A stretch of 64,000 nucleotides of DNA, from the IMG/VR virus record IMGVR_UViG_3300037258_000590, positions 124,001 through 188,000 of that record, one strand, 5' to 3'. The notes under the pieces are model-generated. The model did not search any database. It was not told the origin of the DNA and worked only from the letters and a program-made list of their open reading frames with translations. Position numbers and translations under genes: made by a program. Below are positions 36,319 through 46,265 of the stretch, in pieces (the stretch's first letter is position 1; each line of letters opens with the position of its first letter).

Positions 36319-37056
36319 ATGACCGATAACACGATCACCCAGCCCGCGCCCGCACCGCGCGATGGAGACGCAGCTGAAATCCGCGAGCTGCTAGCTGAAC
36401 TGTCCGGCGCCCTGGATGGCGACTTCGGTGACTGGCCGCAAGGTCGCAGCCTGGTGCGCCAGGTGACCGCGTACCTGGACGGCGAGGCGAGCCGCCTGCC
36501 TGCGCGGGCTGGTTCCCCGGCCCTGCGGGTGATCGCGGCCATCCCGCAGGGCACGGGCCGGGAGATCATCGCGGTGGTGGAGCAGCCGGGCCCGTATCCG
36601 GGCGGCCAGCGTTACGGGACGGTCCGCGGGTACCGGAACGACCTGGATGACGGGACGGTGCGGTGGTCGGCGGAGGCCGGGCATTACGACTACCTGGACC
36701 TAACCCGGGCGCTGCGCGGCATGTGCAGCCGGGCGGGAATAAAGGTGGTGTGGCCGGATCCGGCAGCACTGACGCCGGACATGGTGCTGGCCCAGCGGAT
36801 GGCGGAAACGATGTGGGCGATCGCGACCAGCACGAACCACGCCATCGCGGTGTACAGCACGCCGGTCTACCTGCACATGGAACAGGCGTTCCTGAGCGCG
36901 GTACAGGTGGCCTACAGCTGCTCGCGACTAACCGCGCGGCGGGTGCGGGATCTGCTGGCCGAGTACGGGCCGGATGAGTCTCTGCAGGGCACGTCCGGTA
37001 GCGGCGTGTGGAGCTACGTCCGGTTCGCGCAGGACCGGGCCAACCGGCGCTACTGA
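36319..37056 (+). CDS. Hypothetical protein
   Basis: GACAGGAG RBS. Confidence 0.65.
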   Translation: MTDNTITQPAPAPRDGDAAEIRELLAELSGALDGDFGDWPQGRSLVRQVTAYLDGEASRLPARAGSPALRVIAAIPQGTGREIIAVVEQPGPYPGGQRYGTVRGYRNDLDDGTVRWSAEAGHYDYLDLTRALRGMCSRAGIKVVWPDPAALTPDMVLAQRMAETMWAIATSTNHAIAVYSTPVYLHMEQAFLSAVQVAYSCSRLTARRVRDLLAEYGPDESLQGTSGSGVWSYVRFAQDRANRRY

Positions 37057-37087
37057 CAACAGAACATCACCGGAGAGCAGGCTAGCA

Positions 37088-37621
37088 GTGAAATCAGTCC
37101 CGATGAAAACCAGTGAGCTAGGCCATTTCATATGCGCAGCGCATGGCGGCTGCCTACACCAGGATCGCACCATCTACTCCAGCGGAGTCTGGGTGCAGTA
37201 CACCCTCGGGGGGATAACGCGCCACGGCAGTAGCGCCCATCAAGACTGTTTCGAGGCATGGGCACTCCGGGAAGCCGCACCAGTTGATCAGATGCCGCAG
37301 AGCGCGCCCGCAGAACCCGGCGTCAAGAACGAGCCGTGGCCGATAGCTAACGCCATCGCCTGCCTAGAAGAGGTGCGCGACCGCGAGAGCGGCAGCAACG
37401 CTGATCCCGCGCGTGCCGAGACAGTACGGCTGACCATCGATTACGCCATCGAGGTGGTCAAGGCCCTCAACACGATGCGCGAGCCGCAGCCGCCGGACCC
37501 GGCCGAGGAGGCACGCAAGGCAGTCCGCAAGTTCGCAGGCGAGCTGGGCCAGGCGATCGAGAACCTGGGGCTGGCCATGCAGGACATCGCTGACGGGAAC
37601 ATCCCGGAACGCGACGGCTAA
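37088..37621 (+). CDS. Hypothetical protein
   Basis: GGAGAG RBS; start uncertain. Confidence 0.5.
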   Translation: MKSVPMKTSELGHFICAAHGGCLHQDRTIYSSGVWVQYTLGGITRHGSSAHQDCFEAWALREAAPVDQMPQSAPAEPGVKNEPWPIANAIACLEEVRDRESGSNADPARAETVRLTIDYAIEVVKALNTMREPQPPDPAEEARKAVRKFAGELGQAIENLGLAMQDIADGNIPERDG

Positions 37622-37640
37622 CCGGAGACAGGAGACCCAG

Positions 37641-38015
37641 TTGAGCAACGCCGACGTCGGCGCGATCACCCCGCAAGACGTAGAAGCCTTTACCTCCGGC
37701 GCCTGCGGGCTGCTGGCTGAGGCGATCCATGAGACAACCGGCTGGGAACCGGCGTGTTTCTGGAACGGGTTCAGCGCATGCGGGCATGCGTTCGTGCGAA
37801 TGCCGGATGGTTTGTACCTGGATATCCGCGGAGTGCATACGCACCGGGAGATGCTGGACAGCCACTGGGGGCAGCCAGGAAAACGGCACGGCCGCCGCGG
37901 GGTCACCACGGCACACTACGCCAGCCCGCTTGCGCTTGGTGACCAGGCGGCCCTGACAGCGCGCGCCCGGCAGCTCGTGCCCGCCGTACTAGCCCTGGCA
38001 GCGCAGCCCGGCTGA
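37641..38015 (+). CDS. Putative Cys-His-Asp (papain/transglutaminase-like) small protein
   Basis: FTSGACGLLAEAIHETTGW...GHAFVRMPDGLYLDIRG. Confidence 0.45.
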   Translation: MSNADVGAITPQDVEAFTSGACGLLAEAIHETTGWEPACFWNGFSACGHAFVRMPDGLYLDIRGVHTHREMLDSHWGQPGKRHGRRGVTTAHYASPLALGDQAALTARARQLVPAVLALAAQPG

Positions 38016-38023
38016 CCAGTTTC

Positions 38024-38102
38024 CGGCGAAACGTCCCGCCGGCCGGAACTTCCGGATAGCGGGGCGTCCGCGGGGGATAGCCGCCTCGCGCTGATGATGC
38101 CG
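38024..38102 (+). ncRNA. Type II hammerhead ribozyme HH13 (CUGAUGA, 4-bp stem II, no pseudoknot)
   Basis: CGGC/GCCG stem II; stem III ACGTCCCGC/GCGGGGCGT; GUC after 38068; stem I CGCGGGG/CCTCGCG. Confidence 0.78.
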
Positions 38103-38347
38103 AACCGTTTTTTATGACAGGAGTGCTGATCGTGATCGGTATTTGCATCGGGTTTACGCGAATCGGTGAGGCGGCGACATGGCGGGAGGCCATGGCCGCT
38201 TGCACGACCTGGGCGAGTTCATGAAGTCGGCGGCCGGTTTCGAACAGCGGGGCTGGCACGGGTTCGCCGCGGACTCGGCGGTCAGCGGGGTTCTGGTCCG
38301 GCTGATCGATGACGAGACGGTGCAGACCGGTTTCGCGGTGAGCTGAG

Positions 38348-38659
38348 ATGACCACCGCGAAGACAAGCATGGTGCACTGCGGCGTGCCCCGGTGGGATGC
38401 CCGCGTGACAGACGCTGCCGGGAAGCCGGTGCCCGCATGGTACCCGCCATGGTCGCGCAGGTGGTTCATCATCCGCCGGGCGGCCGGAGAAGCCGGGGTG
38501 ACACTGGAAACCAGGATCCCGGGATGGCCCAGCGGAATAGCAAAGCACGATAACCAGGCTGCGGCCGAGATGGCGGCACGCGAAACCTGGCGCGGATACG
38601 CGGCAGAGGTGACCAGGATCACCGGCCGGGAACAGGAGAGCGAACCATGGACGAGCTGA
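38348..38659 (+). CDS. Hypothetical protein
   Basis: Array orientation. Confidence 0.55.
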   Translation: MTTAKTSMVHCGVPRWDARVTDAAGKPVPAWYPPWSRRWFIIRRAAGEAGVTLETRIPGWPSGIAKHDNQAAAEMAARETWRGYAAEVTRITGREQESEPWTS

Positions 38660-38841
38660 TGGCCCCGGATGATGTCGTGACCCGGATAACCGAAGCAGCC
38701 GCTGATGCGGACGCGCTGGCGATCATGCGCGGCGTTCCGCACGCAATGCTGCTGGCCGTGGCGGACCTGCTGCACATCGACCCGTACGGCCACCACGACC
38801 CGTGGCTGCGCAAGGCCATCGTGACCGAAGCCAGGACCTGA
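38647..38841 (+). CDS. Hypothetical protein
   Basis: ACAGGAG RBS. Confidence 0.6.
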   Translation: MDELMAPDDVVTRITEAAADADALAIMRGVPHAMLLAVADLLHIDPYGHHDPWLRKAIVTEART

Positions 38842-38848
38842 TGAGGAG

Positions 38849-39523
38849 ATGAACATTCCCGTGACCAGCGAGAAAACCGCTCTCGGCAGCTACACCGTAT
38901 GCGACCCCCCGTTCGACACGTATGGCAGCACCACCGTACCGCTGCGCACGCCGCACGGACCGGTAACGCTGCACGTCACCGACGACAGCCATGTATACGC
39001 CGACTCCAGCTACCGGGCGCGCGAGTATGACAGCAGCCCGAGCCTGAACGCGACAGTGGAGTGCTTTACCTGGAAAGGCGCCGATGTGATCGGCTCTGCG
39101 AACTTCTACGCTGACACCGGCTGGATGCCTAAATGCGACGAGCACTTCTCCGGGCGCGGACGAAATATCACCGCGAAGATGACCGCGGAAATCATCGCGC
39201 ACTGGTCAGCGGTGATAACGCGGTACATGACAGAGAACCCGCTGATCCCGGTGCACGCCGGATTCCGGGCTCAAGTGCTGGCCATGGGCAAGAAAAGCGC
39301 GGAGATCCGCAAGACCACGGAGGTACTGGCCGCATTGCGGGCCGATCACGCCAGGCTGCGCCGCGCGGTACGCCAGGCGCTTGCCGCCGAGCGCACTCTG
39401 CGCGAACCAGGCGGGATGAACGAGCCGCGCCCGTACGCCGATTACCAGAGCCACTACGCCAGCGGTTACGTCGTAGAGCTGGAGCAAGATGCAGCTCGCA
39501 AGGAGCACGACGCGAAATCGTGA
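38849..39523 (+). CDS. Hypothetical protein
   Basis: GAGGAG RBS. Confidence 0.65.
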   Translation: MNIPVTSEKTALGSYTVCDPPFDTYGSTTVPLRTPHGPVTLHVTDDSHVYADSSYRAREYDSSPSLNATVECFTWKGADVIGSANFYADTGWMPKCDEHFSGRGRNITAKMTAEIIAHWSAVITRYMTENPLIPVHAGFRAQVLAMGKKSAEIRKTTEVLAALRADHARLRRAVRQALAAERTLREPGGMNEPRPYADYQSHYASGYVVELEQDAARKEHDAKS

Positions 39524-39563
39524 CCGGAGCCAAGACCCGCCGTACTGAGAACAGGAGACAGGC

Positions 39564-40178
39564 ATGCCCGGAATGACCCCCGCCGAACAACGTGACAAGC
39601 AGTACCGGGAGCTGGCGGCGACCATCGCGAGCCAGGCCCAGGCCATCGCGGACGGCACGCTGACCGGACCGTGTTACGCCCATGCGCGATTGATCCTGCG
39701 CAACGCTGAGCAGCTTGCAGCCGAGACGCCGGATGACCGGAGCGGCATGCCCGCCGCGGAACCCGGACCGGGTACCGGCACGCTAACCGAACGACGCAAG
39801 GCCGACCGCGCGCTGATGGCCGGCAGCGTAGCCGAGCTGGCCCGCCAGTACGGACTGCGCGCCGTGGTAACAGGCGAGCAGCACGGATCGCGGGAAACGT
39901 CTGTCAACCTGTCCGGCCCGCACGAACTGAAACTAACTGTGCACTTCCGCGGCGATTCTGTGCAACCAGATACCCACGTACTGATCTGGTACAGGGTGGA
40001 CCACCCGGTACCAGGCTCAGGTATCCAGTTGAACCCGGCGGTTTTCCGCAACGTCGATGCGCATCACGGCGCGGATGCCGCCGATGTCGTGCACGGATTC
40101 CAGGCGCTGTGCGAACTGCTGAAGCAGCGGTTCGCGGCCATCGCGGACGGGCGTGCGTTCATCATCCCTGACCGCTGA
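39564..40178 (+). CDS. Mosaic hypothetical protein
   Basis: ACAGGAG RBS. Confidence 0.65.
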   Translation: MPGMTPAEQRDKQYRELAATIASQAQAIADGTLTGPCYAHARLILRNAEQLAAETPDDRSGMPAAEPGPGTGTLTERRKADRALMAGSVAELARQYGLRAVVTGEQHGSRETSVNLSGPHELKLTVHFRGDSVQPDTHVLIWYRVDHPVPGSGIQLNPAVFRNVDAHHGADAADVVHGFQALCELLKQRFAAIADGRAFIIPDR

Positions 40179-40184
40179 CGGATG

Positions 40185-40240
40185 CGGCGAAACGTCCCGC
40201 CGGCCGGAACTTCCGGATAACGGGGCGTCCCTGAGGGCCG
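40185..40240 (+). repeat. 5' half of a hammerhead (HH14), truncated
   Basis: Nearly identical to the first 46 nt of HH13; no CUGANGA downstream. Confidence 0.65.
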
Positions 40241-40346
40241 GCCGCCTGCCGGACGGCAGCCTGTACGTCGTGATCCTGAGCACCCTGGACCAGCGCACCA
40301 GCACGTAAGTCAGCACCAGCAGCAGCACAAGACAGGAGAACCCGTA

Positions 40347-40823
40347 ATGATCGGGCTTGAACCGGAAGACGAGATCACCAGCGATGAAGACCTGATCCTC
40401 CTCGCAGAGGTCCGGGCGCGGATCGCGGCCCTGAAGCCGTACCACGTGGAAGACACGCGGATTCTGCGCCGGTTTGCCGAAGAGGCATTCGGCACGCGGG
40501 AAACCGCGGATAGCTGGCTGGCCGGGCAGGAAGCTGACCTCCGGCCGCACCTGGAAGTGGTGACGTGGAGCGCCGAGGAAGAGGAGCTGCTGGCGCTAAA
40601 GGCGCTGGAAGCGGCGATGGCAGCACTGGGCGAAAACACGACCGCGATCAACGAGGGCTACGTGCGCACGGTTGTCGAAGACGACACCGAGGACATCACC
40701 GGTGCCGTTGCCATCGAGATCCTGGGCGAGTACGTGGACTGGGAGCGGATGACCGAAGACCGCAAAGCGGTGCTGACCCAGGTCATGTACCGCGGCACCG
40801 GCTTCTACCTGGAAGGACGCTGA
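40347..40823 (+). CDS. ArdA-like acidic putative antirestriction protein
   Basis: Very acidic; C-terminal GEYVDWERMTEDRKAVLTQVMYRGTGFY resembles the ArdA-type YIDWExxARD...dGvtYY ending. Confidence 0.5.
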   Translation: MIGLEPEDEITSDEDLILLAEVRARIAALKPYHVEDTRILRRFAEEAFGTRETADSWLAGQEADLRPHLEVVTWSAEEEELLALKALEAAMAALGENTTAINEGYVRTVVEDDTEDITGAVAIEILGEYVDWERMTEDRKAVLTQVMYRGTGFYLEGR

Positions 40824-40825
40824 TC

Positions 40826-41248
40826 ATGCTTGTCACAATTGTCCAGAATTCAGACGAGTACGCGCTCGTGCACCGAGCGGGGTGCACGGATATCAAGCGC
40901 CGGGAAATGCGGCAGCGAGCGTACCTGAGCCAGTGGGATGCCGACGTGGCAACTCAGCAGGAAGCAGCGAATGACGCCTGGTCGGATTTCATCGCTGAAG
41001 ACATGACCGAGGAGGCCGCCCTGGGCTACACCACATTCCTGCCCTGCTGCGCTGAACTGCCCGCAGCAGCGATTACCGTGCCGTGGGACCAAGCGCAGAC
41101 GAACATCGCAGCGCTAGCCCTGCACCGGATGGCGTTCTCGGCGCCGGATTCCGAAGTATCGGCGGAGATGCGCGAGACCGCGCGGGCAGCACACCAGACA
41201 CTGCGAACGGTCCTGGACGCGACCAGGCCCGGAGCCGGCGCGTCATGA
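40826..41248 (+). CDS. Phage-type hypothetical protein
   Basis: VHRAGCTDIKR...FLPCC motif. Confidence 0.6.
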   Translation: MLVTIVQNSDEYALVHRAGCTDIKRREMRQRAYLSQWDADVATQQEAANDAWSDFIAEDMTEEAALGYTTFLPCCAELPAAAITVPWDQAQTNIAALALHRMAFSAPDSEVSAEMRETARAAHQTLRTVLDATRPGAGAS

Positions 41249-41322
41249 CAGCGGAGCAGCTGCTCGTCAAAAACGCCTGATCAGCTCTTACCAAGAACCA
41301 TTTCCAGACAGGAGACACCACG

Positions 41323-41697
41323 ATGCAGCAGCACGTCACGATCAGCAAGCGCCGGGAAAGCCGAGAGGGCATTGAACGGGCGCTGACTCATCACGCAGAA
41401 CATGGCCGGATCGGTGTCTGGAGCCGCGGAGCGCACGACAGTGGCCACACGATATGCCTGATCGGCGGTCGCTGGCTGGAAACGCGCTCGCTGCGGGAGA
41501 CGGCGCTGGTCGTGCTCGCGCTGGCCAGTGCGGAGCAGGGCAGCCGTCCGCGGAAGCTGAGTGACATGGACCCCGCTGAGCAGCACCAGGTGGCAAAACG
41601 GGCGATGGCGCAAATCGGGGCTGAACTGCAGGCTGCCGCGCCGCAGATCAGCGCGATCATGACCGGCCAGGCCGTGCCGGAGACCAGGACCCTATGA
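41323..41697 (+). CDS. Hypothetical protein
   Basis: GACAGGAG RBS. Confidence 0.6.
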   Translation: MQQHVTISKRRESREGIERALTHHAEHGRIGVWSRGAHDSGHTICLIGGRWLETRSLRETALVVLALASAEQGSRPRKLSDMDPAEQHQVAKRAMAQIGAELQAAAPQISAIMTGQAVPETRTL

Positions 41698-41814
41698 GGA
41701 GAAAGACAATGGATGATGAGGGCGCTGGGGAAGCTCTGACGGCCCGGAACCGGGCAACTGGCCGGTTCCGGACGGGGAAGCTTCCCCAGCCATCACGACG
41801 GGAGACTGAGCACC

Positions 41815-42045
41815 ATGCGTATCCACCCGCGCTACCTGCAACTCCGTGACCTCGCGGACCGGGCTGGCATCCACCCGTCACGCTGCTGGCGATGCAAGAA
41901 CGACAACAGCGGCTGGAAGATCGGTGAGGATGACGGCCGCGATCCGGACTACGTGGGCTGGCAATGCCAGCGCTGCGGCGCCGCGAACGGCCTGAGCCGG
42001 GGCGCCATCCGCGCTCGCATCCGCAGGGCTGCGGACAAGCAATGA
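41815..42045 (+). CDS. Zn-ribbon protein
   Basis: CWRC...CQRC. Confidence 0.6.
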   Translation: MRIHPRYLQLRDLADRAGIHPSRCWRCKNDNSGWKIGEDDGRDPDYVGWQCQRCGAANGLSRGAIRARIRRAADKQ

Positions 42046-42232
42046 CCACCGGGACGGCAAGGAGGACGCGCGTGCCAGACGACCCGTACGGCGATCCTGA
42101 CGGCCTTACCTCCCGGTGGGTGTCCGCGGGCGAGCCTGATCACCCCTTCAAGGGCGACGGCAAACGGCGCGGCGAATGCGGGTGCACTCGCCGCGCCAGT
42201 CAGCACGACTAACCAGAACAGGAGGCCCGGCC

Positions 42233-42523
42233 ATGCCGAGGTCGCAAATCACCGTCAACACGAATTGCGTAGCGGGTCAGCACGCCAGCGAGAAGAACAT
42301 CGAATTCAGCTCGCCGGTCGGCGGGGGGCTGATCAACTTCGAGATCACTCCTGATGACCAGCTGAAAGTGCACATCTGCCGGCAGGACCTCACGGTGCAG
42401 GTCTCGGCGGGCGAGCCAGGCCGGCCGGTTCGCTACGGCAATCTGCGCCTGGACCGGGCGCTGTACCGCGCCGCTAAGGCGTTCGTCACCGACTACGAGG
42501 CAAGACAGGAGAACGCGACGTGA
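42233..42523 (+). CDS. Hypothetical protein
   Basis: ACAGGAGG RBS. Confidence 0.6.
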   Translation: MPRSQITVNTNCVAGQHASEKNIEFSSPVGGGLINFEITPDDQLKVHICRQDLTVQVSAGEPGRPVRYGNLRLDRALYRAAKAFVTDYEARQENAT

Positions 42524-43126
42524 TCTCAGACCTGACCGCTACCGACCGCGCCGTCAATGCGGCCCGCATCCTTGAGGTGCAGCAGCCTATCCGCGAAGGC
42601 AAGGACCCTGATGAGTCCGCGAGGCTCACCGAGCCCGAGCCTATGTGGAACACGAAGGTCGCCGTCGTGATGAACCTGCGAGCCAAGGATGCCAGCGCTG
42701 CGGGGCGGCGAACGGCCTGAGCCGGTCCGCTATCCGCGCTCGCATCCGCAGGACAAGGAGCGCAGAACGATAAGCATCCCCTACGAGCCCGGAGACCAGG
42801 ACCCTATGAGGAGAAAGACAATGGATGATGAGATAGCGGCGGAACTGACAGCCCCAGAACGCGATGCCCTCTGGGGCATCCTGAACAGCCGCAGATACGT
42901 ACCCGCGTATGACCTTTGGGTCAGCCTAGAGGATCGCGGGCTGATCGGCCCGGGTCCCCGCCCTGACCTCGTGGACCCGACTCCGCTGGGCCGCGCGGTC
43001 TGGCACCGGCTGTTCGTCCCCGCAGGAGTGCGGGAGGCCAACGCCCGATTCGCCCGGCACTATGCCGAGTGGCAGGCATGAGCCCTGCCAGGGTAGCGGC
43101 CCCATGCCTAAGAGAGGGAGTACGAG

Positions 43127-43399
43127 ATGAGCGAGACCGCAGCCGCACTCGCGGCAGCGAAAGACATCCTCGAAAAAAGCAAGTGGCCCGCTGCCGCGCT
43201 GGACAGGGGGAACTTCGCCCCCGGCTGGGGCGTCGTGGACGGCCGGGGCAACTGGCTCGGCTGGTTCAGGATCAGAACCCCGGGCGGAGACGCCACGTGG
43301 ACCTACAGCGACCCCGGCGGGATCGCGGAGAAGATGGCCAGCAAGTGGGAGATAGCCCCCGGCGCGGTCCCTTACCTCGCTGGGACCTCGCCGACCTGA
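43127..43399 (+). CDS. Hypothetical protein
   Basis: GGGAG RBS. Confidence 0.6.
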   Translation: MSETAAALAAAKDILEKSKWPAAALDRGNFAPGWGVVDGRGNWLGWFRIRTPGGDATWTYSDPGGIAEKMASKWEIAPGAVPYLAGTSPT

Positions 43400-43570
43400 A
43401 CCGCTCGGGCGCTCCCCGGCCAGGATGCAGACCTCTCCCCCAGGAGGCTCGCGCAAGTACAAGCCGAGATCACGGGGGAACGGGAGCGCCGGGCCGGCCT
43501 TGGACGCCGAGGACGCGCGTCTTTGCCGCCAGCGGGATATCAGCCAGCCCGAGACAGGAGAAATGTGATA

Positions 43571-43870
43571 ATGCAAACCATTCTTACCGTCATCGTCACC
43601 ACGCCCGACGACACTCCGGCGAACGTGGCCGACGCCATCGCCTACGCACTGGACAACCCCGCGAACTACCCGGATGACGCGGAGGACGTAAGCGGGTGGG
43701 ATGTCTATGTCGGTCCCGCAAGCTCCGGCTCTCCCCTCTACCTCTGGGAAGAGATCAAGCCGATCATCCACTCGGACGGGGCTTGGCCCGGCGACGACCT
43801 GGTTCCCGTAGTCGACCTGTGGCTGCAAAAGGCCGGGATCGACACCGGGTGGACACCGGACCCCGAGTAA
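43571..43870 (+). CDS. Acidic hypothetical protein
   Basis: GACAGGAG RBS. Confidence 0.65.
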   Translation: MQTILTVIVTTPDDTPANVADAIAYALDNPANYPDDAEDVSGWDVYVGPASSGSPLYLWEEIKPIIHSDGAWPGDDLVPVVDLWLQKAGIDTGWTPDPE

Positions 43871-43961
43871 ACCTCTAGTGCCTCCCGGCCGCTGGCTGCG
43901 GCGTCTGCCGCCCTGGCGGACGCTGCGGAACGACCAGGACCCGAGAAAAGGAAATCACCTG

Positions 43962-44246
43962 ATGGCTACATTCGCAGTGACCTACTGGCAGTCACATCAG
44001 TACAGCCTCACCGTGGACACGGCTGAGGTCATCCCGGCCGTACGCGACTGGGCCGGAAAAGCTAGCGACCCGGACGGGCGTATCGCGCGCACGCTCGCTG
44101 ACCTTGAGGCCGGGTGCATCCCGTCTGACCTTTACATCGTGGCCGAAGCGCTCGAAGAGGACGGCCAGCTGGTGGCCGCCGATGACGCGGAGCCGGACAG
44201 CTCGGACGAGCCCAGCGACTACAACGTGGAAGTTGTGGCGAAATGA
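43962..44246 (+). CDS. Acidic hypothetical protein
   Basis: AAAGGA RBS. Confidence 0.6.
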   Translation: MATFAVTYWQSHQYSLTVDTAEVIPAVRDWAGKASDPDGRIARTLADLEAGCIPSDLYIVAEALEEDGQLVAADDAEPDSSDEPSDYNVEVVAK

Positions 44247-44584
44247 ATCCCGCCGAGCGGCACCAGGCCCAGGCGCGGGCCGCGGAGCCGCTGATGGAAA
44301 ACTTGCTGGCCCGCCTGCGCAACCTCGCGGGCGAGCTGGAATCCCGGGGCTGGCAGTGCGAGGTCATTGACGGTTCATGGGTCTTCACGCTGCCGCAGAA
44401 GGGCCACGCAATGGCCCCGGGTGACACCGTAATCCGGGCAGACGACAGTGGCCTGGTCCCGCTCACCGGTGAAGTAACCGGCTGGGCCACGCGGGATCAC
44501 GAGAAGGTTTACGTGCTGTGGGGCACCGCAGACACGGCAACCGCCGAATACGCCAGCAAGCTGCGCGTAGTAACCCCCGGCTGA
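44243..44584 (+). CDS. Hypothetical protein
   Basis: ATGA overlap. Confidence 0.6.
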   Translation: MNPAERHQAQARAAEPLMENLLARLRNLAGELESRGWQCEVIDGSWVFTLPQKGHAMAPGDTVIRADDSGLVPLTGEVTGWATRDHEKVYVLWGTADTATAEYASKLRVVTPG

Positions 44585-44599
44585 AACACAGACAGGAGC

Positions 44600-45568
44600 A
44601 TGACCATGAGAACTGACTCGCTAGCCGTCGCAGAGCACGAAGCACGAGCCTATGCAGCGTGGCTGATCGCGCACGGCTACCACGAGGCCACCACATGGCG
44701 GTTCAGCACAGCGCTAAACAACTACGGGCTAGGCCACAGCCGCGCGATCTGTGCAACGGGCTACGCGGTCCGGTACGCGGGCACGCTGGTCCGGGACAAC
44801 GGCAGCACAGCGGAATACCCGACCGCGGGGGTCACGGTGTTCTGCCAGGATGATCAGCTGCCCATCAGCGAGCTGATCCAGGACGGCCGTGCGCTGGCCG
44901 CGTTCAGCAGCGATTCGGGTGCCACAGACGCGTTCCTGAGCTACACACCGTACTACGTAGCCAGCTGGAACCCGCGCGAGACGGATCTCCAGCGGAATCC
45001 AGCGGTCAACCCGGGCACCCTCCCGCTGGTGATCCTGCATGAACTGACCCCTGGGATCGCCGGAGACGGGCCGATGCGGTTCTTCGACCTGCGGCTGGTC
45101 CCAGCCGGTGACCTGGCCACAGGTGACCGGGTGCGCGTCGTGTCGGGCACGCACGGCGGCCTGCAAGGCGTCATCACGCACCCTGACGCACGACGACCGA
45201 TGGTGGAACTGGACCCGGTGTACGACCCGGCTGCGAACACCACCCGGCCATGGGGATCGCTGCACCAGGTCTCCCGGGCTGACCTGGAGCCGGGTGATAC
45301 GTGCGCGGACGGGCATGCGTTGCGGTGGGACGCGGAAAGCTACGCCACCCCGCGCTGGGTGCACGTCAGCGGTGCGGACCTGATGACGTGCACCACGGTC
45401 ATGGCCGATCCAGGCAGCCTGGCCCGCACGATGCCCGACTACGGCGACAACTGGCCAGCGAACCAGCCCGCCGCCTGCCGTCAGCACCCGGATTACTGCG
45501 TGAACTACCCGGACAACGATCACGGCCAGACCACCGCAATACCCTCGGCAGACGACATAGACGGCTAG
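44600..45568 (+). CDS. Mosaic protein with KOW-like motif
   Basis: GACAGGAG RBS; TGDRVRVVSGTHGGLQGVI. Confidence 0.65.
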   Translation: MTMRTDSLAVAEHEARAYAAWLIAHGYHEATTWRFSTALNNYGLGHSRAICATGYAVRYAGTLVRDNGSTAEYPTAGVTVFCQDDQLPISELIQDGRALAAFSSDSGATDAFLSYTPYYVASWNPRETDLQRNPAVNPGTLPLVILHELTPGIAGDGPMRFFDLRLVPAGDLATGDRVRVVSGTHGGLQGVITHPDARRPMVELDPVYDPAANTTRPWGSLHQVSRADLEPGDTCADGHALRWDAESYATPRWVHVSGADLMTCTTVMADPGSLARTMPDYGDNWPANQPAACRQHPDYCVNYPDNDHGQTTAIPSADDIDG

Positions 45569-45678
45569 GCGTCGCATCCCGCGTAAGCGGGTTCGCAGGC
45601 CGGGCCTGGCCAGGCCCCCGTATCTCCTGCGCCTGCGCTGCGGCGCTGAGCAGAATATACGGGCTGAAAACGCAGCAG

Positions 45679-45721
45679 CCAGCGAAACTTCCAGCCAGTC
45701 AGGCAATCAGCACGACAGGAG
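45679..45721 (+). repeat. 43-bp intergenic motif C (also 47882-47924; variant 48494-48537)
   Basis: CCAGCGAAACTTCC(A/G)GCCAGTCAGGCAATCAGCACGACAGGAG. Confidence 0.85.
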
Positions 45722-45730
45722 ACAGGCATC

Positions 45731-46240
45731 ATGCCAGCTGAGACATTCGATGAGTTCATGGCCCGGTACAACCCAGGCGGCACGCACCCGGTCACCGAGA
45801 TCACTGCGCCGCTCAGCGCGGAGCGGAACACGAGCCCGTTCGTCATCGTGCGGGCGGGCCGGTACACGGCAATCGTCAACCCGCTGCCATTCGAGGAATA
45901 CCTGGATATCGACGTGCACTCGTTCGCAGACGGCCGGAAAGCAGCAGCCGGAGTGCTGGGCATGACGCAGGGACGCCGGGTCGCACTGCAGCCGACCGGG
46001 CTGACCAGCGCTGGAGCGCCAGCGGCCGGACTGGTCATCGTGCTGATCGGGGAGCAGGGCACCGAGCCGGTCGCGCAGACGCTGAACGTGAGCATCCCGC
46101 TCACCAGCACGATGCGCACGCCGGACGATCTGGCTGACGCGCTGCGGCAAATCGCCTCTGCGGTCCAGTCAGGAACCGGCACCGGCCAGATCCGCGGGAA
46201 GACGGGCAGCAGCGCGGGCAGCTTCGACATCACCGGCTGA
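45731..46240 (+). CDS. Hypothetical protein
   Basis: Follows motif C. Confidence 0.65.
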   Translation: MPAETFDEFMARYNPGGTHPVTEITAPLSAERNTSPFVIVRAGRYTAIVNPLPFEEYLDIDVHSFADGRKAAAGVLGMTQGRRVALQPTGLTSAGAPAAGLVIVLIGEQGTEPVAQTLNVSIPLTSTMRTPDDLADALRQIASAVQSGTGTGQIRGKTGSSAGSFDITG

Positions 46241-46265
46241 CACATCAGCAAGACAGGAGATCACC

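Noticed and set aside
38132-38347. Possibly frameshifted ORF directly after HH13
   Set aside because: Two short frames could be joined, but no homology is known to me to support it.
20763-40240. Integron attC or ssDNA-promoter (Frpo) interpretation of the intergenic repeat
   Set aside because: No RYYYAAC/GTTRRRY ends or integrase. The conserved unpaired bases match the hammerhead core exactly, and TraB systems transfer dsDNA.
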